A DNA stretch of 48,886 nucleotides from Kiritimatiellia bacterium. GTDB taxonomy: Bacteria; Verrucomicrobiota; Kiritimatiellia; RFP12; JAAYLN01. The translations under genes and the position numbers were made by a program. Positions 26,329 to 36,324 of the stretch are shown here, in pieces. The stretch's first letter is position 1, and every line of letters starts with the position of its first letter. The stretch is from assembly GCA_028718445.1 (NCBI GenBank), contig JAQULY010000001.1, positions 1 to 48,886 on the forward strand, read 5' to 3'. The notes beneath the pieces are model-generated. The model was not told where the DNA came from and did not search any database. It saw nothing but the letters and a program-made list of their open reading frames with translations.

Positions 26329-27786
26329 GTGATTGCGCCGCTCAAACAACGGGTGATGTCCGGTCTGTTCTGGCGCGGTCTCGAACGCTTTGGAACGCAG
26401 ATAATTCAGTTTGTTCTGACCGTGGTGCTGGCCCGGATCTTGGAACCCAAAGACTTTGGAACCATCGCGCTCCTGACGGTCTTTCTGCTTCTGGCCAATG
26501 TATTCGTCAACAGCGGCTTCGGTACGGCGGTTATCCAAAAGCAAGCGATTGACGAACAGGATCTCAACTCGGTCTTCTATCTGAGCCTCGCCATTGCCCT
26601 TGTGCTGTACTGCATACTATGGATCGCCGCGCCGGCGATCTCGCTCTTCTACAAAGAGCCGATTCTTGTCGCAGTCCTGCGCTGGATGGCGCTCGGGCTC
26701 ATCTTCAGCGCCGTAAACGGAGTACAAAACGCAGTCTTGACCCGGGAGATGCGCTTCAAGGCGAGTTTTTGGGTCAACGCGGCAGGAATCCTGGTCTATG
26801 GCGTGGTGGGGATTGGCATGGCCTACCAAGGGTACGGGCTCTGGAGCCTGGTCTTTGGCAGCCTGGCGAGCCGTGTTGCGAGTGTTGCCGGGTGCTGGTT
26901 TCTGATCGGCTGGCGCCCGCGCCTGGTTTTCTGCTGGTCGTCCGTCAGGCAATTGTTCAAGTACAGTTGGAAGATTCTGGCCGCCACGTTAAACGACACA
27001 CTCTTTACCAACCTGTATACGCTGATTATCGGCAAGCTGTACAACCCCACGGCCATTGCGCATTACAATCGTGGGCAGAGCATTCCGATGACCGCCATGT
27101 CGAGCGTGACGGCAACCATCTCGGGTGTTCTGTTCCCCGCGCTGTCTCGGTGTCAAGACGACACAGTGCAGATGCGCGCGCTGATACGGCGCATGATCCT
27201 GACCAGCACGTTCTTCGTTTTTCCCGCCATGCTGGGCCTGGCCGCCGTAGCCAAGCCGCTCGTGTCGTTGTTGTTAACCGATAAGTGGCTCCCCTGCGTC
27301 CCATTTCTCCAACTGTCCTGCGTGACGTTTGCCTTCTGGCCGCTACACGACGCCAACTTGCAGGTCCTGCTGGCCTCAGGGCGTAGCGATATTCTCCTCA
27401 AGCTTGAATTCATCAAGAAGCCCTTGATCGTTCTGGTCATCGTGTTGACCTACCGGCATGGGGTTATGGCCATGGTAATCGGGCAGGCTCTGCTCAGTCC
27501 CGCGTGTGTTTTCATCAACGCATGGCCTAACAGTCGTCTCATCGGTTACTCGGTTCGGCAACAACTGGCTGACGTCTGGCCCATGTTGCTACTGGCGGCT
27601 CTTATGGCATGCATGGTCTGGAGCATTAACCTGCTGAAAGGTAGTGCGTTCCTTGTGTTGACGGTACAGTGCTTGACAGGCGCCGTGATCTATTTTGGAT
27701 TGAGTCGTATTTTTGGGGTGGAGGCCGAGCGCTACCTGCGGAACACGTTACAGGACCGATTTGTTCGGCACAGACATGGAGCATAG
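26329..27786 (+). CDS. wzx: Wzx-type oligosaccharide flippase (MOP superfamily polysaccharide biosynthesis protein)
   Basis: GLFWRGLERFGTQIIQFVLTVVLARILEPKDFGTIALL N-terminal signature. About 12-14 TM segments. 485 aa. Confidence 0.85.
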   Translation: MIAPLKQRVMSGLFWRGLERFGTQIIQFVLTVVLARILEPKDFGTIALLTVFLLLANVFVNSGFGTAVIQKQAIDEQDLNSVFYLSLAIALVLYCILWIAAPAISLFYKEPILVAVLRWMALGLIFSAVNGVQNAVLTREMRFKASFWVNAAGILVYGVVGIGMAYQGYGLWSLVFGSLASRVASVAGCWFLIGWRPRLVFCWSSVRQLFKYSWKILAATLNDTLFTNLYTLIIGKLYNPTAIAHYNRGQSIPMTAMSSVTATISGVLFPALSRCQDDTVQMRALIRRMILTSTFFVFPAMLGLAAVAKPLVSLLLTDKWLPCVPFLQLSCVTFAFWPLHDANLQVLLASGRSDILLKLEFIKKPLIVLVIVLTYRHGVMAMVIGQALLSPACVFINAWPNSRLIGYSVRQQLADVWPMLLLAALMACMVWSINLLKGSAFLVLTVQCLTGAVIYFGLSRIFGVEAERYLRNTLQDRFVRHRHGA

Positions 27787-28615
27787 TGTGACTGTCGTGC
27801 TGAAACGGAGTCTGAAACAGTGGTTGCCATACTGGCTACATCAGCGGCTTGATGTCCGTCGTAGAGCGTTGCCGCGGCTGGCCTGCCCGGTATGCGGCCG
27901 GAGTGTCCTCCAATTTGAGACGATTGACCGATCCTATCTGGAACAGTGTGACCGCCATCAGGTCAGATGGTCTCTGTTCACGTATGAAACCAACAACGTG
28001 CTGGCCTATCACTGCCCCCGTTGCGGAGCCGCCGACCGAACGCGCCTCTATGCGCTCTACTTGAGACAGGTGCTTGCGGGTTGGGGCCAGAACACCCCTT
28101 TCCACGTTCTGGATATCGCGCCCACATCGCCCTTGACACGATTCCTAAAGCGGTATCCGCATGTGCGGTACCGTTCGGCTGATCTTTACAGTCAGCTTGC
28201 CGACGATCGCGTGGATGTGATGGACATGCATATCTACGCCGACAGCACCTACGATTTCGTCATCTTCTCGCATGTGCTGGAGCACCTGCAGGATGACCGA
28301 CGCGCATTGCGGGAGGTTTATCGGGTGCTCAAGCCGAACGCGCGAGCCATCATTATGGCGCCGATTGATCTGTCCCGCGGCACCATTGACGAGGATCCGA
28401 CCGTGACCGATCCGCGGGAACGGTGGCGTCGTTTTGGGCAAGACGACCATGTGCGCGTGTACTCCAAGGCGGGATTTCTGGAGCGCCTCAAGGAGGCCGG
28501 GTTCGCGGTCGAGCAGTTGGACTCCGGTTGGTTTGGTGACAGTGCGTTCATGCGGGCCGGGATCCATCCCCGTTCGGTTCTGTATGTCGCCACCCGAGGC
28601 AACAGACAAATCTGA
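27776..28615 (+). CDS. class I SAM-dependent methyltransferase with N-terminal CxxC...CxxC zinc-ribbon-like segment
   Basis: CPVCGRS...CPRCGAAD, then FHVLDIAP, FVIFSHVLEHLQDDRRALREVYRVLKPNARAIIMAP. ATG 27776 overlaps the wzx end by 11 nt. Confidence 0.8.
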   Translation: MEHSVTVVLKRSLKQWLPYWLHQRLDVRRRALPRLACPVCGRSVLQFETIDRSYLEQCDRHQVRWSLFTYETNNVLAYHCPRCGAADRTRLYALYLRQVLAGWGQNTPFHVLDIAPTSPLTRFLKRYPHVRYRSADLYSQLADDRVDVMDMHIYADSTYDFVIFSHVLEHLQDDRRALREVYRVLKPNARAIIMAPIDLSRGTIDEDPTVTDPRERWRRFGQDDHVRVYSKAGFLERLKEAGFAVEQLDSGWFGDSAFMRAGIHPRSVLYVATRGNRQI

Positions 28616-28622
28616 GCGTTCA

Positions 28623-29627
28623 ATGACCGAAGCTCTCCCAGATCCTGAAGTGCCGTCCTCCGGTGAGCGTCCACTTGTGAGCGTAATCATGGTGACCTTT
28701 AACCATGAGGCATACATTCGCGAGGCGTTGGCAGGAATTGCGGCACAGACCTATTCGCCGCTGGAAATCGTGGTCTGCGATGACGCCTCCGCTGATGCCA
28801 CCGCTTCCATCATCCGCGATTTCGTGGCTGCCTATCGTGGTCCCCATACCTGGCGAGTCACGGTCAATGAGCGCAATCTCGGTATCCTGGGGAACGCAAC
28901 CCAGGCCATGACACTGGCGCGGGGGGAGTGGTTTGCCTATGCCGACGGGGACGACGTATCGCTGCGGGGACGCGTCGAAGCGTGCATGCGGCGTCTGCCA
29001 GACACGCGGGACTACGTTATCGTCAAGGCCGCCTGGATGGATACCAGCGGCAACCCCGTCCCATCCGCCTTCCTTGCGCCCGTATTGAAACCCGGTGTTG
29101 ACTGGAACATCCGGCATCGGATGCCAGGTGCGTGGGGGACATGTTCCGTCCACCACCGGCGGCTGTTCGACATCTTTGGCCCGTTGTCAGCGCCGGGGCT
29201 GCGGTTGATTGATGCCGCCATGGCTTTTCGGGCGGTACTGTTGGGGGGTCAGGTGCGCTTGATCGGCGAGACTTTGGTCCGTTACCGTCAACATGCCGGC
29301 GGTGTGGTCTCATCGCGTTCAAACGAAAAGACGCGGTCGTTGTCGTTGGATTATGTGCGTCGGTCGCGGGATTGGACGAGTCTGCTGTTGCAGATGGCCT
29401 TGGATGTCCAGACGGCATACCGGAAAGAACTGATTGATGACTCGACTTGCCGTCGGGCATTGCGGATCGTGCGCGAGGAGAGTTACGCCATGGAGACGGT
29501 AGCGCAAGCCCTAGCAGCGCCCTTGCCCGCGCGGCTGATGTCCTTCGCCAGATTGTTGGCAGATGGGTTCGCCGCCGCTCTCCGTAATGCGTATGCCGTC
29601 AAAAGTGGATTTATCTTCAGGGGCTGA
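28623..29627 (+). CDS. glycosyltransferase family 2
   Basis: LVSVIMVTFNHEAYIREALAGIAAQTY..LEIVVCDDASAD, ...ADGDD. Internal ATG 28623 chosen, 8 nt after the upstream stop. Confidence 0.85.
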   Translation: MTEALPDPEVPSSGERPLVSVIMVTFNHEAYIREALAGIAAQTYSPLEIVVCDDASADATASIIRDFVAAYRGPHTWRVTVNERNLGILGNATQAMTLARGEWFAYADGDDVSLRGRVEACMRRLPDTRDYVIVKAAWMDTSGNPVPSAFLAPVLKPGVDWNIRHRMPGAWGTCSVHHRRLFDIFGPLSAPGLRLIDAAMAFRAVLLGGQVRLIGETLVRYRQHAGGVVSSRSNEKTRSLSLDYVRRSRDWTSLLLQMALDVQTAYRKELIDDSTCRRALRIVREESYAMETVAQALAAPLPARLMSFARLLADGFAAALRNAYAVKSGFIFRG

Positions 29628-29632
29628 TCGCG

Positions 29633-30373
29633 ATGGTAGGAAGCAACATGCGCCAAAAACTAAAGGCAGCGCTTAACACGTTGCTTGTGAAGACCTGTTC
29701 GCACCGTCTGGTGCATCACCAGACATTGGCCGATTCCGACGATCAGGTGTGGTTGGCATTGAAAGAGAAGGGGTTCGCCCCGCGCGAATTGGTGGACATC
29801 GGCGCGTCCACGGGTCTATGGACGAAGGAACTGCTGCACATCTATCCTAAGGCACGGTATCTGATGGTTGATCCGCTGCATGAGAATGAGGCGGCGTTAG
29901 GAGCCGTGTCATCGGAGCACGTGGCCGTGCAGTATTGGTTGGGAGCCCTCGGGCGTCAAGAAGGGGAGTTGGCCCTGCGGGTTCACGGCCCCCAGACGAG
30001 CATCTATTCGAGCGAGTGGGGGGGCGAGTCGCGGCGGGTTCCGGTAAAGACCCTCGATGCCTTGTTGTCAGAGCGCGGCTTTCATGACGTAGACGCGATG
30101 AAGCTTGATGTTCAAGGAGCCGAACTGGACGTGCTGTCAGGTGCAACCTCGGTCCTTCGTCGCTGCAAGGTTGTCCAGGTCGAGGTTTCGTTCAGGCGCA
30201 TCTACAAGAACGCGCCCCTGGCGCATGATGTCATCTGCTTCCTCGCTACGCGCGGATTCAGGATTTTTGACTTTGCCGCACTCTATAAACGACGCGATCG
30301 AGCGTTGCTCCAAGCCGATCTGTTCTTTGTGTCGGATGACGCCTTATTCCAGCCGGAATCCTGGCAAGTGTAG
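29633..30373 (+). CDS. FkbM family methyltransferase
   Basis: VDIGASTGLWT and MKLDVQGAELDVLSGA motifs. Confidence 0.8.
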   Translation: MVGSNMRQKLKAALNTLLVKTCSHRLVHHQTLADSDDQVWLALKEKGFAPRELVDIGASTGLWTKELLHIYPKARYLMVDPLHENEAALGAVSSEHVAVQYWLGALGRQEGELALRVHGPQTSIYSSEWGGESRRVPVKTLDALLSERGFHDVDAMKLDVQGAELDVLSGATSVLRRCKVVQVEVSFRRIYKNAPLAHDVICFLATRGFRIFDFAALYKRRDRALLQADLFFVSDDALFQPESWQV

Positions 30374-30429
30374 AGATATGTCTCGCCAGTGCGGCAGGCG
30401 TGACAATCTTGCATTGAGGCAAACGCGGC

Positions 30430-31698
30430 ATGTCGAAAAAAACGTTCCTTCTTTTTCTGGCCGGTTGTTTCTCGCTAACCCAGGTCAAAATCGTCGGCTA
30501 CATCGGCGTAAGCGAGTTGGTTTTCTACGCCGTTGCGCCTTTCATCTTCGTTCAGGATCAAGAGCGGTTGCGTAAACACGGATTCAACAGAGTGTTGCTG
30601 TTGGCTGCAATGTGGGCCGCAAACGGTTTGCTCACCGATATAGTGCGGCACAACACATTCGATAACACAGTCAAGGGTTTTGCCGCGACCTACAGCGTTC
30701 TCAGTTGCCTGATCGTTTTGCATCACCTGCTATGGGATGACGTGTGGCGCGTTCGCTGGATGCTGCTGGGCATCACGGCATCGATTATTCTTTCGCTGTT
30801 CTTTTTGCAGGGTGGTGTGTATATCCAACGGGCACTAACGAGCGGCGAGAACGTCGCCTCCGCAACTATGAGCTACAAATTGACGATCATCAGCATCGTG
30901 ACCTCGCTGCTGGCGCTGCCGATCTTTTTCCAGTATATGAGGTTTCCAATCATATCCGCGCTATGTGTGATCGGCGCCGGTTATTATGGCCTTCTCCAAG
31001 GCGGCCGCTCGACGTTTCTCATTATGCTGATGACCGCCAGTCTGATGCTGATTGTCCGCAACAACCCCATACGCATGCGCAGCATTCATCGCACGTTCTA
31101 TGGTCTGGCGGTTGCCATGATTCTTGCGGGTGTCGTGGCGTCGTCAACCTACAAGTATGTTGTGACGAAGGGGATGATGGGGGAGGAGGAACTGGAGAAA
31201 TATGAGGCGCAGTCCCAGGCAAAAATCGGTCTGCTTAGCGGACGTTCGGCCTTCATCGGCTCGGTGCTTGCGATCAGAGACTCGCCGATTCTGGGTTATG
31301 GTTCATGGGCGCTGGATGTCTACGGGTACGGGAGACGGTCCGCCGATATTGCGGGAACGGAATATCATGAACACGGACAAATGGTGCCTTACATGCCAGG
31401 CCATTCACACGTGTTCGGCAGTTGGGTCAACAATGGCATATGTGGCGGAGTCTTCTGGATATACATACTCTATCTGCTGTACAAGACTGTGAAATACAAC
31501 ATGGGTGTGGTCCCCAATTTGTTCGGCTATCTGGCATGGACCATACCCGGTATGGCTTGGGCTATTCTTTTCTCGCCCTTTGCCGGGCGACCGATTCCGA
31601 TGACGGCCATCACGGTAATGCTGCTACTGGAGCATTACAGGCGCGCGGCTGCTCGAGCCCGTTGGTCTATGCCGCGGATGGGCTTACGCGTGACATGA
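30430..31698 (+). CDS. Wzy-like O-antigen/repeat-unit polymerase candidate
   Basis: About 10-12 TM segments and a large loop with YMPGHSHVFGSWVNNGICGGVFWIY resembling the Wzy_C region. Located 2.6 kb downstream of wzx. Confidence 0.6.
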   Translation: MSKKTFLLFLAGCFSLTQVKIVGYIGVSELVFYAVAPFIFVQDQERLRKHGFNRVLLLAAMWAANGLLTDIVRHNTFDNTVKGFAATYSVLSCLIVLHHLLWDDVWRVRWMLLGITASIILSLFFLQGGVYIQRALTSGENVASATMSYKLTIISIVTSLLALPIFFQYMRFPIISALCVIGAGYYGLLQGGRSTFLIMLMTASLMLIVRNNPIRMRSIHRTFYGLAVAMILAGVVASSTYKYVVTKGMMGEEELEKYEAQSQAKIGLLSGRSAFIGSVLAIRDSPILGYGSWALDVYGYGRRSADIAGTEYHEHGQMVPYMPGHSHVFGSWVNNGICGGVFWIYILYLLYKTVKYNMGVVPNLFGYLAWTIPGMAWAILFSPFAGRPIPMTAITVMLLLEHYRRAAARARWSMPRMGLRVT

Positions 31699-31744
31699 TG
31701 CTCTGGACCGAGCAGAGCGCCTGACCGGAGCAACGAGCACAACC

Positions 31745-32920
31745 ATGCGCGTCTGTATGGTGACACAGGGAGTGAGCCCCCATCAGATTCCATTTGCCCG
31801 ACGCGTAGTTTCAAAGGTTGGAGATGGCTCCTTTCTCTACGTATCAGTCAGCGCCAACAATCAGGAGCGGGACTCGCTGGGGTGGCGGCAGCGCCGCTAT
31901 CCCTGGGTGAGGGAGCCGCGCCTTGACCAGCAGGCCCAGCCGGAAGCGGACCGCTGGATGCGCGCGGCTGACGTGTTGCTGACAAGTGTTCGTGAAATCG
32001 CCGTTTTTCGGGAACGGTGTGCGGCGGGGAAACTGACATTCTATCTTTCCGAACGTTGGTTCAAGCCCCCGATTGGCAAGTTGCGGCTATGCGCCCCCAC
32101 CCTTTTCGACATGACGCGCAAGTTCAAACGCGTGGCGCGAGATGCGTACCTGCACTATCTGCCTATCGGGCCGTACGCCGCCCGAGACATGATGGCGGTC
32201 TCCCCGTTCACAGGGCGCATGTGGCGTTGGGGCTATTTTGTAGAGCCGTCGTCGGCAGGGGCCTCGCCTCGTGCGCTTGCCAGTACAGACGCCAAGAGCG
32301 CCCTTCGTGTGCTATGGGCTGGGCGATTCCTCGATTGGAAGCATGCAGACCACATGGTTGACGCTTTTGCGGCCTATGCCGCAACCGGGCGAAAGGGGCG
32401 CCTGACACTGCTGGGATGCGGAAATGAAGAGCTTGCGCTACGCCGCCGCGTGTATCACGCGGGAGTCGGCGATTCCGTCACCTTTCTGGCGCCGATTCCC
32501 ATGGAAGAGGTGCGCCAAGAGATGCGAGAAAACGATGTGTTCGCCGCGACAAGCAACGGGTATGAGGGTTGGGGGGCAGTGGTCAGCGAGGCGATGGAGG
32601 AGGGCTGTGCCGTGATCGCCACGCGCGAAAGCGGCGCCGGCGCAAGTATGATTCGGCATGGAGAGAACGGCATGCTGTTCCGAGCGGGCCGGGTCAAGGA
32701 ACTCACTGCCTGCCTGTGTAAGCTGCATGATCACGCGGTTCTGCGGGCGCGGCTCGCGGCGAGCGGCCAGGAAACCATGCGCCACCTATGGGGCGCACAG
32801 GTGGCGGCGGATCGTTTCGTGGCGGTGGCCGATGCGTTGTTGCGCGGCGCGGGAACACCCGATTTCTCACAAGGGCCAATGAGCGTGGTCTCCGGACGCG
32901 AGAAAACATGGGCGGTGTGA
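31745..32920 (+). CDS. glycosyltransferase (GT-B, family 4/1-like)
   Basis: YEGWGAVVSEAMEEGCAVIATRESGAGASMIRHGENGMLF (EX7E region). Confidence 0.8.
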   Translation: MRVCMVTQGVSPHQIPFARRVVSKVGDGSFLYVSVSANNQERDSLGWRQRRYPWVREPRLDQQAQPEADRWMRAADVLLTSVREIAVFRERCAAGKLTFYLSERWFKPPIGKLRLCAPTLFDMTRKFKRVARDAYLHYLPIGPYAARDMMAVSPFTGRMWRWGYFVEPSSAGASPRALASTDAKSALRVLWAGRFLDWKHADHMVDAFAAYAATGRKGRLTLLGCGNEELALRRRVYHAGVGDSVTFLAPIPMEEVRQEMRENDVFAATSNGYEGWGAVVSEAMEEGCAVIATRESGAGASMIRHGENGMLFRAGRVKELTACLCKLHDHAVLRARLAASGQETMRHLWGAQVAADRFVAVADALLRGAGTPDFSQGPMSVVSGREKTWAV

Positions 32921-32921
32921 T

Positions 32922-33782
32922 ATGACCAAGGTTGCGCCGTTCTTCTCCATCGTCATCGCTAATTACAATCACGGCCGCTTTCTGCCGCAGGCCCTGGCAT
33001 CGGTCTTGGCTCAGGATTGCCAGGATTTCGAGCTAATCGTGGTTGATGGCGGCAGTACTGACGACAGCGTTGCGGTCATTCAACGGCACGTTGGTCGCAT
33101 TGCCTGGTGGTGTTCGGAGCGAGACCGCGGACAGAGTCATGCCTTCAACAAAGGCTTTCAAAAGGCAAGGGGCCGCTTTCTCACCTGGTTGAATGCCGAT
33201 GACCTGCTCCTTCCCGGCGCCCTGCGGAACGCAAAGGCAAAGCTCGTGGCGCATCCGAGGTGTCAGTGGCTTACCGGCAACTTCCTGCGTTTCTTACAGG
33301 ACGGAACGATTCTGGAGTGTAAGTGGGGACCCCATTTCCTGCCGCGGTTCCTGCAGCGTCCGCATGCGCCGGTCATCGTCTACGGTCCCACCTCATTCTT
33401 TGCCAAGTCCCTCTATGAGCGCGTGGGGCCGATCGACGAGAGCCTTCACCTGGTGATGGACACCGATCTGTGGCTCCGGTTCATGTCACAAGGCGTCTGG
33501 CAGATGCGGCTGAGTCATTGTTGCTGGGGCTTCCGCATGCACGAGACATCGAAGACGGCGTTCTTCCCCGGTATGACTGTGGCAAAGGATATCAGCCGGG
33601 AATTGGCGGACGAGAATCAGCGAATGTATGCGCGCTACGCATACACGCGGTCACGCGGCCTCCGCCTTGCTCACTTGCTCGGGCGCGGACTGGACGGATC
33701 TGCGTTGGTCTACCTGTGGCGTCAGTGTTTTATCCGGGGCCGACGCATCCCCCTGGAACGGTATACCGACGAATGCGGCTAG
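32922..33782 (+). CDS. glycosyltransferase family 2
   Basis: FSIVIANYNHGRFLPQALASVLAQDCQDFELIVVDGGSTDDS...LNADDLLLPGAL. Paralog of 46261-47076. Confidence 0.85.
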   Translation: MTKVAPFFSIVIANYNHGRFLPQALASVLAQDCQDFELIVVDGGSTDDSVAVIQRHVGRIAWWCSERDRGQSHAFNKGFQKARGRFLTWLNADDLLLPGALRNAKAKLVAHPRCQWLTGNFLRFLQDGTILECKWGPHFLPRFLQRPHAPVIVYGPTSFFAKSLYERVGPIDESLHLVMDTDLWLRFMSQGVWQMRLSHCCWGFRMHETSKTAFFPGMTVAKDISRELADENQRMYARYAYTRSRGLRLAHLLGRGLDGSALVYLWRQCFIRGRRIPLERYTDECG

Positions 33783-33787
33783 AGCGT

Positions 33788-35098
33788 ATGACGTCACGCC
33801 AGAAAATACTCTTGCTTCTTTCGAGCCGTGTCTGGCAGCGCAGCCTGGTGCGGGCCGGGCTTTTCCGCGTCATCACCGCGCGACAGGACATTGAGCGCTA
33901 TCAAACGCGCGTCTTCAACGCCGTCTGGCAGGATGCGTGCGCGGATGTACCTTTCTATGAAGCGTGGCGAGAGCGCAATCGTTTGCCGACGCGAGTTGAG
34001 ACGGTGGCGGACCTTGAGACATGGCCTGTGATCGCAAAGCGGGAGTTGCAGGAGGCGGGGCGTACGCTCAACAGGAAAAGTGGTCCACCGACCGGGCATA
34101 TGATGACCGGCGGTTCCACGGGAGAGCCATTGCGCTTCGGCACCTGGCCGGACGACGGCACGATGTCATCGAGTCAGTGGATCGGCCGCTCGGGCTATGG
34201 GTACGAGCCCGGCATGCGTCAGTTTCTGCTTTGGGGGCATCGTCACCTTTATGGCAAGGGGGTCCGGCGCACCGTCAAGACGATGATGCGCGCCATAAAG
34301 GACGAGCTCTCCAGCATGAAGCGAGTTTCCGCCTACGACCTTTCCGCGCCGGCCATGCGGCAGGCATGTGACCGCCTAATCCGTTTTCGTCCCGAAGTAA
34401 TCATCGGCTTCTCCGCGGCGGTTGTTGCCTGTTGTCGCGCCAATCGCGACAGGCGTGGAACAAGTCGCACATTGGGCGTGAAATTCGTGCTCTGCACGGC
34501 TGGCCCACTAAGTCGGGACGAGACGGCTATGATTGAAGATTTCTTCGCGGCACCCGTGTGCATGGAATATGGCAGCGTGGAATGCGGTCCCATGGCATAC
34601 ACCGAGCCCGACAGCGGTGCCTACAAGGTGTTCTGGGATACGCATCTCCTGCAGACGATCCCTGACGAGGACGACCGGCACCGTAACATAGTCACACGGT
34701 TGACCCGGTGCTATGTGCCGTTAATCCGCTATGATGTTGGTGACCAGATCGAGCTTTTCCCTGATGAACGGATCCGCCCGCATCGTTTCGCGCGTGTGAT
34801 CGGACGTCCGAGCGACATTGTGAGACTGGCCGACGGCAGCTCATTTTTCGGCGCGGTCATCGGGGATTGTGTCAAGCAAGTGCCGCGCATACTGGCCAGC
34901 CAGACGATTGTCCGTGGAAATGAGATTGAAATTGACGTTCTAGCTGACGGTGATCTGACCGAAGCGGAACGGGATCTGATCTGCGGGCGGTGTCGGTTGG
35001 CGGTGCCGGCATTGCAGGCGCACGTGATAGTTGTGCGTCAACAACAGGCACTGCGGACGACTCGCGGCGGCAAAGTGCCGTTAGTAATTCGCGAGTGA
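33788..35098 (+). CDS. phenylacetate-CoA ligase/CapK/F390-synthetase-like adenylate-forming enzyme
   Basis: MTGGSTGEPLRF (AMP-binding-like P-loop of the PaaK/CapK family) and RYDVGD motif. ATG 33788 chosen; 33773 is an alternative. 437 aa. Confidence 0.7.
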   Translation: MTSRQKILLLLSSRVWQRSLVRAGLFRVITARQDIERYQTRVFNAVWQDACADVPFYEAWRERNRLPTRVETVADLETWPVIAKRELQEAGRTLNRKSGPPTGHMMTGGSTGEPLRFGTWPDDGTMSSSQWIGRSGYGYEPGMRQFLLWGHRHLYGKGVRRTVKTMMRAIKDELSSMKRVSAYDLSAPAMRQACDRLIRFRPEVIIGFSAAVVACCRANRDRRGTSRTLGVKFVLCTAGPLSRDETAMIEDFFAAPVCMEYGSVECGPMAYTEPDSGAYKVFWDTHLLQTIPDEDDRHRNIVTRLTRCYVPLIRYDVGDQIELFPDERIRPHRFARVIGRPSDIVRLADGSSFFGAVIGDCVKQVPRILASQTIVRGNEIEIDVLADGDLTEAERDLICGRCRLAVPALQAHVIVVRQQQALRTTRGGKVPLVIRE

Positions 35099-35105
35099 CG
35101 GTCGC

Positions 35106-36302
35106 ATGAACGTGCTCCACACGATTGCGGGCGTCGACCCCCGCGCCGGCGGTCCGTCGCGGTCGGTTCCCTGTCTGTGCCGGGAACTGGCAGAAGTCGG
35201 TGTAAATACCTGGCTGCTGAGCTATTCAGCGTTGAGTCAGGAAGGGGTCGAACTGGGGCGTGGGCACCTGGCCACAGGAGCTGGTGGCGCCTATGTTGGC
35301 GCGCGCCGCGACATCCGCCGCCTGGCCGCGGCGTGTCATCCCGACCTGATGCACATCCATGCTTTATGGGTACCGGGCAACCATGCCGCCTCGCGGCATG
35401 CCAAACGCGTGCGCTGCCCCGTTCTTCTCTCGCCGCGCGGCATGCTGGACCCTTGGGCGCTGCGTCAAAAGCAGTTCAAGAAGCGTGTGGCGATGTGGCT
35501 GTATCAGCGGCAGGACTTATACCAGGCCGGCTGGTTCCACGCCACCTCTGCACTCGAAGCGGCGAGTATCCGCGCTCAGGGACTGCGGCAGCCTATCGTG
35601 GTCATACCCAACGGTGTCGACCTTCCCGCGGCGATGCCGCAGCGCCAAGACCGTGCCGCCAATAAGAGGACGGCGCTCTTTCTATCGCGTCTCCACCCCG
35701 GCAAGGGACTCCTCGATCTGGTTAAGGCGTGGGATCAGGTCAGACCGGCAGGTTGGCTGATGCGGATAGTGGGCCCCGACGTCTGCGGACATCGTGCGGT
35801 GGTGGAGGCTGAGATCGCGCGAAGGGGATTGAAGGAGGCGTTTGAGTTCGCCGGCGAGAAGAGCGACGAAGAGAAGTGGCAGGAGTATGTCAATGCCGAT
35901 CTCTTCATCCACCCCTCACACAGCGAGAACTTCGGCATTTCGGTGGCTGAGGCGCTGGCTGCTGGCCTACCCGTGATAACAACCAAAGGCACGCCATGGG
36001 CCGAACTGCTGGGGCTCTCCCACGACACAACTTGCGGCGACTCAGTCGTCTCGATGGTGAGAGCAAAAGAGGCATGTGGCCGCTGCGGCTGGTGGGTTGA
36101 TATCGGCGTGGCGTCGTTGGCGGAAGCGTTGCGGGAGGCAGTGCTCCTAAGCGTTGCGGAGCGGCGCGCTCTGGGCGAGAACGGACGGAAGCTCGTTGCC
36201 GTGAAGTATACCTGGCCGGCGATCGCGATGCAGATGAAACAAGCTTACGAATGGATTCTGCATGGTGGAGAACGGCCGAAGTCTGTAGAACTGGCGCCAT
36301 GA
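35106..36302 (+). CDS. glycosyltransferase family 4
   Basis: MNVLHTIAGVDPRAGGPSRSV N-terminus and HPSHSENFGISVAEALAAGLPVITTKGTPWAEL. Confidence 0.85.
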   Translation: MNVLHTIAGVDPRAGGPSRSVPCLCRELAEVGVNTWLLSYSALSQEGVELGRGHLATGAGGAYVGARRDIRRLAAACHPDLMHIHALWVPGNHAASRHAKRVRCPVLLSPRGMLDPWALRQKQFKKRVAMWLYQRQDLYQAGWFHATSALEAASIRAQGLRQPIVVIPNGVDLPAAMPQRQDRAANKRTALFLSRLHPGKGLLDLVKAWDQVRPAGWLMRIVGPDVCGHRAVVEAEIARRGLKEAFEFAGEKSDEEKWQEYVNADLFIHPSHSENFGISVAEALAAGLPVITTKGTPWAELLGLSHDTTCGDSVVSMVRAKEACGRCGWWVDIGVASLAEALREAVLLSVAERRALGENGRKLVAVKYTWPAIAMQMKQAYEWILHGGERPKSVELAP

Positions 36303-36324
36303 CCTTTTGCCCCGTGAGAGCGGC

